NCBI RefSeq assembly: GCF_006345805.1
Contig: NC_042998.1
Location: 166,160,001 to 166,224,000 of the forward strand
Source: Octopus sinensis
Taxonomy: Eukaryota
Direction: 5' to 3'
Length of the DNA: 64,000 nt
Of this stretch, positions 36,726-52,963 are shown one piece after another; position 1 is the first letter of the stretch, and each line of letters opens with the position of its first letter. The position numbers were made by a program, and so were the translations under genes. A model generated the notes under the pieces. That model did not search any database, was not told where the DNA came from, and was given only the letters and a program-made list of their open reading frames with translations.

Positions 36726-37030
36726 GGCGCGTGGCTTAGTGGTTAGGGCATTGGGATCACAATTGTAAGGTTCACGAGTTCAATTCCCGGCGACGCGTTG
36801 TGTCCTTGAGCAAGACACTTTATTTCACGTTGCTCCAGTCCACTCAGCTGGCAAAAATGAGTTGTACCTGTATTACAAAGTGCCGGCCTTGTCACGCTGA
36901 ATCAGCCCGAGAACTACGTTAGGGGTACGCATGTCTGTGGATTGCTCAGTCACTTGCACGTTAATTTCACGAGCAGGCTGTTCCGTTGATCGTATCAGCT
37001 GGACCCTCGTCGTCGTAACCGACAGAGTGC
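36726..37030 (+). mobile_element. SINE family 3, full-length with 16-bp TSD
   Basis: GGCGCGTGGCTTAGTGG head, GAGTTCAATTCCC box B, TGTGTCCTTGAGCAAGACACTT block. TAAATTAAATGTCCTT is duplicated at 36701-36716 and 37035-37050. Confidence 0.92.
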
Positions 37031-37094
37031 TTCTTAAATTAAATGTCCTTACCAAGTCTTGCCAAACTGTTTGCCTTGTCTTTTTTACTTTAAC

Positions 37095-37203
<109 letters not shown>

Positions 37204-37277
37204 CAGAGATAGAGATAGAGGGAGATAGATAAATGGATAGATATACATAGATATATACATATATATACACACACGTT

Positions 37278-37310
<33 letters not shown>

Positions 37311-37777
37311 ATGCGTATAAAATTCTGAATATTAAATCGACAGGAAAGTAAAAAGTATCGTTAACAGGAGGAAAATAATAAGGTTATCTCTGTTTTATAA
37401 TATCCGATATAAATGTCGATTGGTTAGTTGATTGATGGATTTTCTATTGTGTGGAGAGAGAGAGGGGGGGAAGACAGTAAAAGAAAGACGTTCACAGAAA
37501 GAGAAACAGAGTTAACATAAAGGTGTAGGATGAGCGCAATGCAAGGCTTGGTGGCTAGCAAATAAATGAAAGAATTTATATACTACTTAGAGAATAATCT
37601 TACGGCTCGGGTTTTCAGTTTCAGGGACATCATACTATTTTGGAATAAATTATTACATGGACTGTTAACCAAAATTGTAAGAGGAGCTTACTGTGACAGC
37701 TGTACGATTCTCTGAATCCATGTTATACAACTTTTATATATATATATATATAAATATATAAATAAATATATATATAT

Positions 37778-37818
<41 letters not shown>

Positions 37819-37833
37819 TGTGTGTGTGTGTGT

Positions 37834-37877
<44 letters not shown>

Positions 37878-37911
37878 TATATATATTTATATATATATAT
37901 ATATATATAAT

Positions 37912-37970
<59 letters not shown>

Positions 37971-38157
37971 ATGTATGCGCATGCGTGTTTAAGTATATAT
38001 ACATGTGTACAAATATGTATAGATATACTTACATATGTATATATACTTACATATCCACTCACATACCCTTACACACACGTACGCACTGCACACATTATAA
38101 CCAAGCCAATACACTCATATCTATCAATCTATCTGTCTGTGTCTGCCTGCCTGCCTA

Positions 38158-38236
<79 letters not shown>

Positions 38237-39823
38237 GTTTGTCTGTCTGTCTGTCTAATCTTGCATTGCTCTGCATATATTTTGGTTGAATTTGAACTCG
38301 GAGCCATTCTTTCTTATGCAGCGTTTAAACATTATTATTTGGGAGAAACACTCTTCCTTCTCGGGCCATACCAGGTTCATAAGGGCCGTCGCAGGATTAC
38401 TCATTTTTGCCAGCTGAGTGGACTGGAGCAACGTGAAAATGAAGTGTTTTGCTCAAGAACACAACGCATCGCCCAGTTCAGGAATCGAAACCCCAACCTT
38501 ACGATCATGAGTTGAACACCCTAACCACTAAGCCCCGCGCTTCCACAGAGAAACACTCTCGTCTACTGAAACTAGAGACGAACCTAATAAGCTAGAATCT
38601 TTACACTGCTTATATAAAAGCGTGGTTACTGGTAGTTTTCTCTTACATAGTATCAACTGATGCTAGTTATAAATTGTTTTATCTTATTGTACAGTACAAA
38701 ACGAGAGAATTTTATTCATTTATGTATACACGGCAAACAGAAGTGTATTAGTCATAATGTTATCATCCTATTTATAGAATATATTGCAAGTAAATGTTAG
38801 CTGTCAAAATTTTAAGTTCATATAGTTAGTTAGAGTTATTTCCCGTTGACTGTCATAATATTGTGTTACGTTGTGAACAGAAAAAAAAAGAACAATTGAC
38901 GGAACACCCTCTATTTGTTTTATAATTTATCTTTAATTTTAACTCTTTGCGTGATTATATTTCATGTTCATTTTCATAATGATGCTATTATCAACCAAAA
39001 GAATAAAATTGAAATTTTTTTTTGCTTATGCTCGACTTTATCAGTATCTCTTAGGTACAGTTTTCATATCCACCACTAAAAGAATTTGATTCTTGTTCTG
39101 TTAAAAGATATTTGATGAAATATGTGGACAAAATTAAGAATATCTGAAAAAATTGTCATCTGTAAACAAAAGTGTCACAAGGGGTGTCTTCGCTTCTCGC
39201 AGCCTAAGGAGAGGTTTCCCAAAGTCGTTGTGGGTTAAAACCTACTTTATGCAATTAACGATAGTAAAATTTTGAGCGGATATATCCAGTTAAATATGAT
39301 CACACCGACCCACTTACATATTAAATAGTGTTATAATTCCGATAACAGTAAAGTATGAGCTAAGAGTAGAAGGTAAACTGTTACCGGTTGGAGTGAAGAC
39401 TGTGATCCCATTTCGAATTTTACCTGAAGCTTTTTTCCTATTTATACACCGTAGTTAATGTTACTGGAAGAGTATTGCTGGTTCAAATTATTCAAAATGA
39501 AGATTAATACATAAAGCGCGACGTCCCACGATTGTGGCCGTCAGGCACTGGTCGACAGGCCCCGATCATGGTTCAGATGCATTTAATTTATGGGCGTTTG
39601 TTGGGGTCTCATGTCACTCAAACACTCCGATACCTCCCAGAATGCAAGAGGACTAATAGTTCAACTAATGACTTTTCAGATGATGTAAAACTTTGTTTTT
39701 CATCATTTTGACGTCGATAAAATAAACACTATTCAAGTACAGGGAACACTATAATTTACCATCTCCTCCCCGAAAATTCCAGTCCTTGTGCATATAGCAG
39801 AAAGGTGAATATATTGTCGTCCA

Positions 39824-40235
39824 AGGCGGTGAGATGGCAGAAACGTTAGCACGCCGGGCGAAATGCTTAGCGCTATTTCGTCTGCCGCTACGTTCTGAGT
39901 TCAAATTCCGCCGAGGTCGACGTTGCCTTTCATCCTTTCGGGGTCGATTAAATAAGTACCAGTTACGCACTGGGGACGATATAATCGACTTAATCCGTTT
40001 GTCTGTCCTTGTTTGTCCTCTCTGTGTTTAGCCCCTTGTGGGTAGTAAAGAAATAGGTAAAGAAATAGTAAAGAAATAGATCTTTATGTTCTGAGTTCAA
40101 ATTCCGCCGAGGTCGACTTTGCCTTACATCCTTTCGGGAACGATAAATTAAGTACTAGTTGCGTACTGGGATCGATCTAATCGACTAACTACCTCCCCCA
40201 AAATTTCGGGTCTTGTACCTAGAGTAGAAAAGGAT
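39824..40235 (+). mobile_element. Two tandem SINE family 2 copies
   Basis: Full copy from 39824. A second, 5'-truncated copy starts near 40085 (TTCTGAGTTCAAATTCCGCCGAGGTCGAC). Confidence 0.88.
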
Positions 40236-40249
40236 ATATTTTCGTCTAA

Positions 40250-41246
<997 letters not shown>

Positions 41247-41861
41247 TAGATTTAGCCAGACATGTCTCAACGTTTATAGACAACCGGCGGTCCCGTGTGT
41301 TGCCGAGTGGTACGCAAAAGATCTGAAAAAGTCACTTGGAAGGCTTCCTACGACGACAGGAATACGATTTAGTACAACAAAAAGAAGGAGAAACTTGATG
41401 TAATCTTTGTAATACTTAAACTATAAATCATTGCTTTTTACTTTTGTATTGATACTATTTTCTAGAGTTTGTATATACGAACACGTTCATTTTCCATCCA
41501 CACACATACATACAACAAATGCACACTTAAATCCCTCAACTAGATTCTCAGTTTCCGCCTCTACCAAATTCCACCCTCATAAGATATTTATCTATTCAAG
41601 GTGGCAGTAATATAAAATACTTGTCCAAGACTGCGTGCATAGTGCTTGAACCCGGAGTTGTATGTGAACTTTTTAACCACTTGGCTATGTCAATGCTTCA
41701 AGAGTCTCGATATGTACGCTGAGTTTCTTTTTAAACGTAGACGGAGTAGAATCGACGTTCTCCTTTATGTGTTGTTAATGTCTACAACTCCAGATCATTA
41801 TTATACCTTATAATTAAAAAATTTTATCTAAGTATTACTATGTTATTATATGTATCTATAA

Positions 41862-44800
41862 CTAGCAGCATAGCCCGGCGTTGCCCGGGTATGTAAGAGC
41901 CCCTAGTAGGCAACGACTAATCCCAATGTAGTCCTTTCCCTCCAGGGAACGAAGGTGCATGTGGACGTTGCAATGTCTTGTCTTCACTGGAATACTTCTG
42001 TATATACGATGTTCCTAGCTGTCCGTTTGGGCGAAAACATGAAAACATCATTGCGCCTCCCAACGCGTGTGAACAGCCCACGTAGAGTTGACCGTGGGCG
42101 AAGCACTGTTCGCCCAAATGTAACCCAGCGACTTGTAGCGTTTGGCCTTGGGATTTATTGATGGACATTGCGAAGCAGAGTTTAACAGGAAACTGAGAAC
42201 GCCTGAAGTGGATTGGTAGGTCAGCGCCCGACGGTTGAAGGTGCATCCGTGGAATGAAGACGTCCTCTCCCTTCCCACAACCGGTAAGTATTGTGGCCGT
42301 TATTAAATGTGTGCCAAATGTTTCACAACCAAACGTGTGCCGTTGCACTGTTTAGGTGGAACCAAATTCCTGATGAGCATAATGGGCGCACCGACTTTTA
42401 ACTTCAGGATGTGTGGTGGCAGGCCTGGCGGTTCAAGTGAATTCAGGAATTCAACAGGATAATCGGCAAGCTGGGCGGGGTCTGCTGTCCTATCTATAGA
42501 TTTGTAGACGTGGACATCACCAGGAATAGCTTCAAGTAGCTGGATATTGATGGAGTTGACGGTTGTATTTTTGGGTGCGAGAATAGCTCTGCCTGCCAGC
42601 CATTTTAGGTCGCGTAAATTGTTTTGTAGGTCGTGGAAGACAGCGTCCCGGAGGCTAGCAGGGGTGTCGACAATGGTGCAAAGTGAGTCCAATTGAACGT
42701 AGCCATCCGCATCAGACAGCATCCTATTTTCACCGAGCGATAAGAGGTCCCTGGAGAATGCAGCGCATCCGCTGTCACCAATTAACTGCGCGCACATGTT
42801 AGTTTGGAGGTGCAAGGGCCGCACATGTGCCCAAAGAGCTGACGACTTAAGGCACGCGCGCACGGCATCGGCACGGGTTCCTTTTGGAATAACAGGTAGA
42901 GTCTGCCTGAAGTCTCCTGAAAGAAGTAAAGTTAATCCTCCCATGGGCGCCGTAGAGTCTCTGATGTCTTGCAGGGACCTGTCCAGTGCCTCAAGGGCGC
43001 CTTTGTGTGCCATAGTGCACTCGTCCCATACGATGAGTTTGCATCTGCGCAGAATGTCGGCCTGTTCTGAGTTCTTGGCGATGTTGCAGATAGGTGACTC
43101 GGACTTTGCCAGATCGAGCGGGAGTCTGAAGGCAGAGTGGGCGGTTCTGCCACCCGGAAGCAACGTGGCCGCGATACCAGAGGAAGCTACAGCCAGGGCA
43201 ATGTCCGTGTTGTGTCTGACCTCTGCCAGAATTAGTTTAGTGACGAAGGTTTTGCCAGTGCCGCCGGGTGCATCAAGGAAGAAAATCCCCCCACGTTGCT
43301 GTCTGACAGAGTCTACGATGATGTTGTAGGCTATGCGCTGGTCTGGAAGCAGCCGTGGTTCATTATCTTGGACGTACTGGTGCAGTTCCTCAATGCAGTA
43401 GGAAGTTTCGCGTAACAATTCAGCAGACATAACATTGGCGTGTTCACGTGTGGGTGGTGGAAGGCCGTACTCTGTTAAAGCAGACCCACCCATATCGATG
43501 ACAGCGTCTTCGAGTTGAATGAGCGCAAAATTGTAAATGAAGTTGGTGAACGTGATCTCGGCGGAAGGGCAGTGTTGCTGAGCCGTACGTAAGAAGTCGT
43601 GCGACATGTCATCCCTGTATTTCATCCAGAGACTTAGTGGATCACTAAGCTGACATTTTTGAAGAAGGATTGCGAAAAGAGGTCGTAGGGCCGAATGCGT
43701 TTGCAGTAAAGCACCCTCTGCCATCGTGGCGTCCCACTGGGAGTCATCCTCTAGAAGGCCAAGTCTCATACATGCTTCCCTGAAGGTCGCACAGAACCCC
43801 ATTGACGGTACGTATATTGGCGAAACCTGTTGGACCAGTGACCTCATGTAGAAGGAGACGGAGGTAGAAGCATTCTTGTTGGTTTGGCGGGATGTTGTAA
43901 ACTCGACCCAGGCAGGAGTCAAACTTGACGCCTGGGAAGCTTTCGACGTTTTTGCCGGATTTCCGTCGAACCCAGGTGTTTTTAGACCACACGAAGTACG
44001 ATGGGACCTGTGGGTACAAAAGCGTTCGAGCGAAGTCATCACGTTGGCATAATTGAAGAAACCAGTCAACGTTGTGTCTTTAGGGCTGGTGGCTATCTGC
44101 ACAGCACTTTGCTCTGTGAAGTAAATCCGCTGTCCATTTTCCAAGTGTACAGCAAGCTGCACCACAGCCGGGTGTCTCTGATGGAGCGGGAAGCCGTAAA
44201 TGCGCCAAAACGCTTCGTTGCTGCTGAGGTACCGGCCAGCCAAGTAGTTGGACACTTCGTCGCGACTGGTGGTCCTCTGGATGCTGAACATGGCAGCATC
44301 GCTGCCTTTGTTGATATATTTGCAGACATATTGTATTGACCTGATGGAGCTGCAGAACTCAACGTTGACGTGGGCTTTGAATATCTTCGACAGGAGAGGA
44401 CAGTAGGGGACAATGTAGCTGTTGTCCACTTGATGTCGCCCAACCGTAATCGTGCGGCCTCCATTGGCTGGACTCCTTCGTTTGTACAGCGGATACCCAT
44501 CGCCGCCTGTTTGAGTCTCCAAAGTGAACCGTTTAGGGAATCCCTTTGAGCAGGCTAATCCGTTTTTGTAGCATGGTGTGTTGGCGTAATTTGGTCCACA
44601 GGGCCCGTGTACTATGGTAGTGCGGACAATTTCGTAGAGTCCGGGGTCCTCATCGGGGTCAGGAATCTCGGCGGAAATGAATTTGTCAATGTCATTAGTC
44701 TCGATTTTATGAGTGAGCCAAATTAAGATGTGAGCATGTGGCAAGCCCCTCTTTTGCCACTCGACCGAAAGCATGTGACACCTGACATGCCCGAAAATCT

Positions 44801-47800
44801 GACCCTTAACTATCAAATCCTGCATTTTGCCCAAATTCAGACGGAAAACCCAAGCAACGATGTCGTGTCGATGGGTGTGAGATTGACCCGGGAGGAGTTC
44901 GCGAGTGATTTCGTCGCAGCTGGGATTGCACGTGTAGGTGATAAAGAGGTCCGGCCGGCCGTAAATGCGCACGTAGGTCAAGGCGTCTTGGGTCCTTTCA
45001 CGCATATATCGCGGTCCTCCCGTGAAGGTGGAGGGTAGAATGCATGGCTTGCCGATGTTGCGAGGGTCATTTTCTTGTTGCAAACCGTCACGGAGATGAA
45101 TGTAGGAGTCGGAGCGAAGTTTGGTCTGATTAAGTTTAATGTATAGCAGCCTTTCCGATTCCATTTTTGCGGCCATGTCGACGGCGAACTGGTTGAAGAG
45201 CTGACGACAACGGGGCAATAAGTTGAACTCACCCTCCCTGACCATGAACCGGTATGAGTAGAACGCCCTGCAGGAAACCGTCTTTGATGCCGCAGTAGTT
45301 TGATTGAAGGGCTGCCGTAAAGGAATTCCGAAGTGGTAGCCGTCTTCCCCATAAGGGAAAAGCAATGGATACTGAAGCGCGTCATAAGATCTGTGAGTCT
45401 CGCTGATCCTGTGTAGGTTGTTACCACGGGAGGAGATGATTATGTCACGGCTGTTGTGTTGCTCTCCGTGTATGACTGCGGCAATTTCGTTGCACGCAGG
45501 TGCGTTGAAACGGCGTTCGTGCTCCCCGTGGCGTCGTTTATCAGCATCAATGACAACGGTGAAGTTTGGAGATGGAGCACTGTCCAAGGCATATCTGAAG
45601 CTGCAGACGTAGCTGTTGATATCATGAAGCATGGTTTGGAGACGGAGAAGAATGTCTTTGCGGGGAACATAGCTTGTACCCGGTATTATTCCAAGGCGTG
45701 CATCAACCTGGTGGTTGTAGTCGGCAATGAAGTATATTTGGAGGAAAGAAGACTGCTGAATCTCGTCTGGCAGAAGTGACCCAATAAGATGGTAGACCTG
45801 TCCCTGCACTTTGAAAGTAGGCATCCAGCTCTTCTCTGGAGGAATTTTGGCCCCGAAAGAGGTCATTTGGAATGAGCAGTTGTACTTTCGAATTATTTCA
45901 AGGAATTGTGACGAATCGGGGGTTAAACCCGCCGCGAGATCCTTCAGTGGTTGAGGTGGTTCCCGTAGGGGTGGCAGGTCCACTTTGCCACCAGAGCAGC
46001 ACAAACCAGGTGGCTCTCCGGGCCATTTCTTGGCTTTGCAAAACTGGCATACAATTGTCATTGACCCTATCTTGATGTCGTCACGCAAGGAGAAGTTAAT
46101 TGTGGCGTCGTAGTTGAATGCTAGTGACAACCAGAAAGCGGGGGCAGGGGTACGTACACCACGAATGATATCCCGACGTTTGTTGATACTCTCAAGTCGA
46201 GTGCACCGTGCCTCAGCAGATTCAGATGCACGTGCGACAGCGGTAGCAGTGGCATCCCTTGAAAGCCTTTCAGCTCTCGCCTCAGCACCCTCTGAACCCT
46301 AGCAGAAGCAGTGCTAATGGCATGTCTGGATGTCCGAATAGTCCGTTGGTGTGGAGTTTCGGCAGATCGAGCCCTGGCTGTTTGCGGCGTTAGCAGCTTG
46401 GCGAGCTCTCCTCTGTTGAGGTGTTTCGGCAGCTTTGGCCATGGCTTTGTTTGCGGCGTCAGCACATTGGCGAGTTCTCCTCTGCTGTGAGGTTTCGACA
46501 GATCGTGTCCTTGCGGTGCTAGTGGCGTTAGCCGCATTCCGAATGGCTCTTTGTTCGGGGTTCTCGCGAGCTCTGCGGATGGAAGCACAGTAAGAAGCCC
46601 GCATGTTTTGGCTGGACTGTTGCTCTTTCGTCAACCTCGAGCGGAGGGAAGATCTGTACGCTGCGACCCTTGCAAGTCGGGTAGAACGGTCGCTAGTAGT
46701 TTCAGATGGCTGAGCAGCGGCATAACGGGAAGCTGTTTGCGAGAGGCGCAAGGCGGTTTCCTCGTGGGTCTCGCGTGCCCTTCTAGCCCTAGCAGCCGAT
46801 GCCTTGGCCGTCCGAGGGCTGAGGAGGGTCCTTCTCTCTTCGGGGGCATTTTGGTGGATAGCAATGTGTTTGGCAAAGGTGTAATAAAAAGGAACACGTG
46901 GGGTAAGTATTTTGTTGGATAGCAATGTGTTTGGTAAAGGTGTAATAAAAGGAGCTCGTGGGGTAAGTATCCGAAAATGTATAAAAATGTACAAAAACGG
47001 CCAAAAAGCTGGCAGCAATGTGAGTGACAACAACGAAAAAGTCAAAAGTGATCAAACTGAACAAACGAAAGGAAAAGTTTTTTGATGCACACGACAAAAG
47101 TGGTTTATAATAAACCAAGAGTTTGCAAGTAGCGTCCGAGGACCGTTAGGGTACGTCAAAAATTGAAGGTAAAACCGTTTGGGGTGGTAGTTATAAAGAA
47201 AGTTTAAACAAAAAAAGTATTCGAATAACTTGCGGCTGCAGCAGCTATTAGCAGAAGTGGCGGTGTTGGGGGTAAAGTCTCGAATGTAATTTCTTCCTGG
47301 TAGGAATTGGTTGGATCGAATTATCGATAGCTAAAAAGGTCAAGTTGCGTCCCCTAGACAGTCTGGTTTGTGTTTAATACACAAATTTGTTTGCTATGTG
47401 TGCCACATATGATTAAATTAACCGATTTTTTCCAATAATGTATCCTATTGGAATAAAAAGGGCTATATAGCTCCTTGGAGCAGACATGATGCTCGTTGTG
47501 AAAAAAAAAAAGATTCCTGCCAATTTGTGAAATATATTGTCGAAAATATGTCATCTTGAATTTGAACGCGATTTCCCAAAATGGCATGATTTTATCGATT
47601 GTTTCTGATGGTAAGGTATTGCATGGAAAACTAAAGTCAGAATTGAGTTTCTTAGGGTAACATTAAGCTTCACCATGAGTTGGTGAAAATCGATTGCAAG
47701 TTGTGAAAACTACCATAGATAATGCGTTGCATAAAAAAAGCTTAGATTCTCGAGTTGCGTCCCCTAGACAGTCTGTGGTTCATGTTTATGATTCTCGACC

Positions 47801-47999
47801 CCATGTCGAATTTATCAATTTTTTCAGAACTGGGGGAACTTTTCAAAATTTTCGCTGCGTTAGTTTTGAATTATGACATTGGGCTATGTGTGTGTCAAGT
47901 TTCATCAGAATCGGTTGAAAGCCGTGGTCAGGGTGAGGGTACGAGAAAACAGACACACAGAAGCACGCACAGACAAACTGCCGTTTATATATAGAGAGA
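41862..47999 (-). mobile_element. Full-length canonical Helitron (6138 bp)
   Basis: On the minus strand it starts with TC (47999-47998) after an A and ends with the CCCGGGCAACGCCGGG hairpin (41874-41889) plus CTAG (41865-41862) before a T. It encloses RepHel. Confidence 0.95.
41917..46849 (-). pseudogene. Helitron RepHel (HUH Rep + PIF1 helicase), split by several frameshifts
   Basis: Rep motifs GRPDLFITYTCNP, VEWQKRGLPHAHILIW and YVCKYINKG. Helicase motifs DAPGGTGKTF, IVWDECTM, SGDFRQTLPV, FAMSINKSQGQTL and HGQLYVGCS. N-terminal ET.EQR..R repeats from ATG 46849 (MPPKR). Pieces lie in ORFs 46314-47045, 46121-46588, 42303-46130, 43744-44019 and 41917-42348. Confidence 0.93.
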
Positions 48000-48000
48000 T

Positions 48001-48757
<757 letters not shown>

Positions 48758-51700
48758 TATATATATGTATGTATGTATAATTTTTAATTAGTATGTCATT
48801 ATTATCAAGTTTATACTTTTAATTTTGAATAACCACAGGTTAGAAAGCTGGCTTGGAACTACTTATTTTCAGGTTCAATCCCACTGCATGGTATTTTGGG
48901 CAAGTAAATTCTACTATAGCCCCGAGTTGATTAATGCTTTGTCAGTGAATTTGGTTGATGGAAACTGCGCATTAGCCCATGGAGTGTATATGTATTTATA
49001 TGTGTGTGTGTGTGTGTTGTGTGTATGTGTGTGTATGCATCTGTTATTGTGATTCTGTATGTATGCATGTATTTTTGCGTTTATTCTCGACCACCGTTTG
49101 ACAGCCGGTGTTTGTTTACGTCCCTCTAACGTAGCGGCTTGGCAAAAAGACCGATAGAATTAAGTGCCAGACTTCAATATAAGTATTGGGGTCGATTTGT
49201 TGAACTAACCTCTTCGAGGCGGTGCTCTAGCATTGCTGCAGACCAATGAGTGAAAGAAGTAAAAGATAAGAACAATGACTCAAAAAAAAAAAAAACAGCA
49301 AAAAAAAATCAATAAAAATAAAAATAAATGAAAAACGTCACAGGTAAAATTGTTTAAATTACTGATTTATATTTTCTTGCTTTATTGCTTCACTTCAGAT
49401 ACTGAATAAAACGTGACTGTTTTCACATAGGTGCAACATCATTATATTAACGAGGAAGAAAAACATTCACGATTTTACACGTTTCAGAAACTAGACACGA
49501 ATGCTATTTTAAAATTAGATTTTAAGGTGTCAGGAAATGCACCGGTGTCAAGTTGGAAACCGAAACTATGTGTACTGATCATGATAATTTGTGACGCTAA
49601 AACATCGTTTTGCTAAATAAATGTCACATGCTTAAATGACAGTATATCTACAAATAGAGAAGAAAATATGGGCTTGATTGCAAAAAAATCAAACAGCGTG
49701 TTAATAAGCATGCACCCTCGGTTTACTTCTTAGTATATATCCAAGTCATGCTATAAGACAGTGACCCTCAGCCTATTTTTGTACCACGGACCGGTTTCAT
49801 GCGAGACAATTTTTCCATGGCTTAGTGTATTATTACATATATAATTACATATATATTACATATATTACATTCTAGCTTAAAAGTCCGTGCGGACCTTTAG
49901 GCTAGGTCATGCGGAGGGGTAATTGGGACTGCGGCCCAAAACTAAAGGGAGCTAAAGTATGATTATGATACGTCTATAATGACTATATGCCCCGGTGGTG
50001 TTTGATCAGAGGTTAAGGATAGATGAGAATTAATTATGTAATGTAATCATTCTATTGTTCCAGTCCCAATTTGAATTCAATCTGTTGGTTAATTTGTCCC
50101 AAAGTTCTTATTTTGACATAAAATTAACGAAGCGAATGTCATTTATCTCCCACTCCTCTGTCGTCAACTGACAAACGTCACCAAAATGGCGTGAATCATC
50201 CAAGCTTTACCTGCTAGAAATAGTAACCCAAATGCTTTTAAATTAGATCCTAATGCTGGGTATTCAAGAACTAAATGAAGGGCAGATTTTCGATCCTCGG
50301 ATCATCCTGATTCCAAAAAAGGTATAATATGTCTATGTAGAGCAAACGTAGGCTGAGATACGGGGTCCAAGATGGATGGGCAAAATTTCGCTATTATTAT
50401 TATAGATATAATTATATATTACATATATAATTACCTATATAATTACTTAGCTGGCAAAAATGAGCAGTGCCTGTACTTCAAAGGGCCAGCTTTTTTCACA
50501 CCTTGTCACGCTGAATCTCCCTGAGAACTACGTTAAGGGTACACGTGTCTATCGAGTACTCAGCCATTTGCACCTTAATTTCACGAGCCGGCTGTTCCGT
50601 TGATCGGATCAATCGGAACCCTCGTCTTTGTAACCGACGGAGTGCTAGTATAATTACGTATATAACTACATATATAATGCAAAAATAACCTGTAGCGTGT
50701 GATATTCAATAAAATAGAACTAAGACTAAAAAAATCTATTTTTTCTGTGCTGCCTGCCACCAAATGATCCACGCCTTGGTACTGATTCGCGATTGGGTGC
50801 TGGTCTGCAGTTCATTGCTGGTCCGCGACTTGGTGATAGGGGCCCCTTGCGATATAAAATAATAGTTTTTTTTTCTTAATTGATAAATAAGTGTATTTGT
50901 ATTGCGCAATAAATAACATATGTTAAATACCAAAGTGAAGCAAACACTTCACAATCGATACTATTTGACAATGTAGAAGGAAACAAAAGCTCAAAGAACC
51001 CAGTATTCTCGGTTAATTTTAACAACAAACGTAACAAATTCAGTTTTAACCCGAGTTTTATAATGAAGACGATATAAAAGAATATCATTGAGCCGTGGAA
51101 ATATAATTGCTATGATTAAATATGATTATTCCATATAGAAATGTTGACAGAACGTAACCATTCCATATATAAAAGTGTTACATATAAAAATTACACGTCT
51201 CTGACAATTTGGCAATAAGTCTTGACTATGTAATTTATATTATGTAAGTAATAATCACTTTGTGTTAATGACACTACGTAAGATGGTATAACTAAATACC
51301 TTATAAACAACCCCCCCCCCATGTTTTATTACATTTTCTACGTGTACTCCGCAAATGTGTATGCGCGCGCATAAACATACACATAAACGAAAGCATATAT
51401 GTAAATAAAAACATACGCGATCTTGTGTACCATACTATGTATTATCGGGCGATCACTCGGGCTCAAAAATACGACATGGCTGTGCTCCGAGAAAAGGGGA
51501 GACAAGAAGAGAAAGAACGAAAGAAATAAAAAAAGTGAATGAAAAACAGGAACGAGACAAAAGCATGGCAGAAAAAAAGATAAGCGTTGTTCCTTTTGGC
51601 TCGTCAGAATAGGAATTAACAATGGCTGGTGTAGTTAGAATGAGTATTATCAATATCTAACATCCGACACGAACTCCTGGCTATCCACAATCTCATACTG

Positions 51701-52239
51701 GGACTTTAGAAAAGCTGCAAGTTCACCGAAACACCAGGTACTTCATTGCTATAATCAGTTTGTACTTTGAAGTGTAACTTAAGGTAAGAAGACTGAATAA
51801 ATTTAGCACAAGTTGAGTTTTCTTTAAGATTGTTTCCGTACACCGTTTCTAACCACGATGCTTGTAAATAATTTTATATGAAACATTAATAAATATATGT
51901 TGTTGAATATGCCGAACTGGCACTTCACCAGACTATTATAAAGTCGTGCCTTTTTGCAAAGTGAATTGGATATGTAGTTGATGTTGCTTATACAGGGAGA
52001 AAACAAACCAACAGCGACAATAATGATTTCAAATTTTGGCACAGGGACAGCAATTTCGATGGGTGGGGGGATACGTTGATTATATCGACCCCAATGCCTA
52101 ACTGGTACTTATTTCATTGACCTTGAAAGGAATGAAAAACAAAGTCGACCTCTCCGGAATTTGGACTCAGGACGTGAAGATGGACGAAATGCCGCTAAGC
52201 ATTTTCTCCGCGTACTAACAATTCTGCCAGCTCACCGCC

Positions 52240-52424
<185 letters not shown>

Positions 52425-52426
<2 letters not shown>

Positions 52427-52963
52427 TGCCCTGATGGCTCTCATGGCTTCTGATTGTAACTGATTGGAAGTGTTATCATGTACATTGTTTTGTCTTGGTA
52501 TAAAAGATGGGCTACAAATATTCTGCTCAATACCACAGATTTGCTTGTCAGTTGCTTGGCCTTAACCAGTTGACCATGTCCCTTAGTGGCTGATGATATG
52601 TGCATCTCTGATCACGAGCAGAAGTAGTGGGGGAGCATCATAACCATGTGTTGAGAGGGATTATTTGGGGTTTGAATAATTCACCTCTGGAAACATGGGT
52701 ATTTCGTTCAACATCCTTAAACAACCCTTATTCAGGGACCTTTTGAGTGGGATGGGTTACTTGACCAGAAGAAAATTCTAACTGGGCCCCACCTGCAAGG
52801 TCATGTGCTGTTTATCTTGATATGAGATCACCATGTCGCGCACATATGGTTGTGATGCATGTGCCTGGTGTACTCTTATCAGACGGGTAGTCATGATGGG
52901 TATACTGGGCTTGGTATATTTTACCCCAGTGTCACTTTGATGGCATGCACTGCTCTCTCACTC
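52425..52963 (+). mobile_element. ~540-bp interspersed repeat, copy 2, embedded in (AAT)n
   Basis: Homologous to 10106-10639. (AAT)n lies on both flanks; ends CTCTCTCACTC-(AAT)n. Confidence 0.85.

Noticed and set aside
39045-39240. Acceptor-like site followed by short protein-like frames
   Set aside because: Frames are short and interrupted, with no recognisable family.
42796-46922. Plus-strand ORFs within the Helitron
   Set aside because: Antisense to GC-rich RepHel; no independent motifs.
49759-49931. Possible hAT MITE starting CAGTGACCCTCAGCC
   Set aside because: No matching right TIR or 8-bp TSD found.
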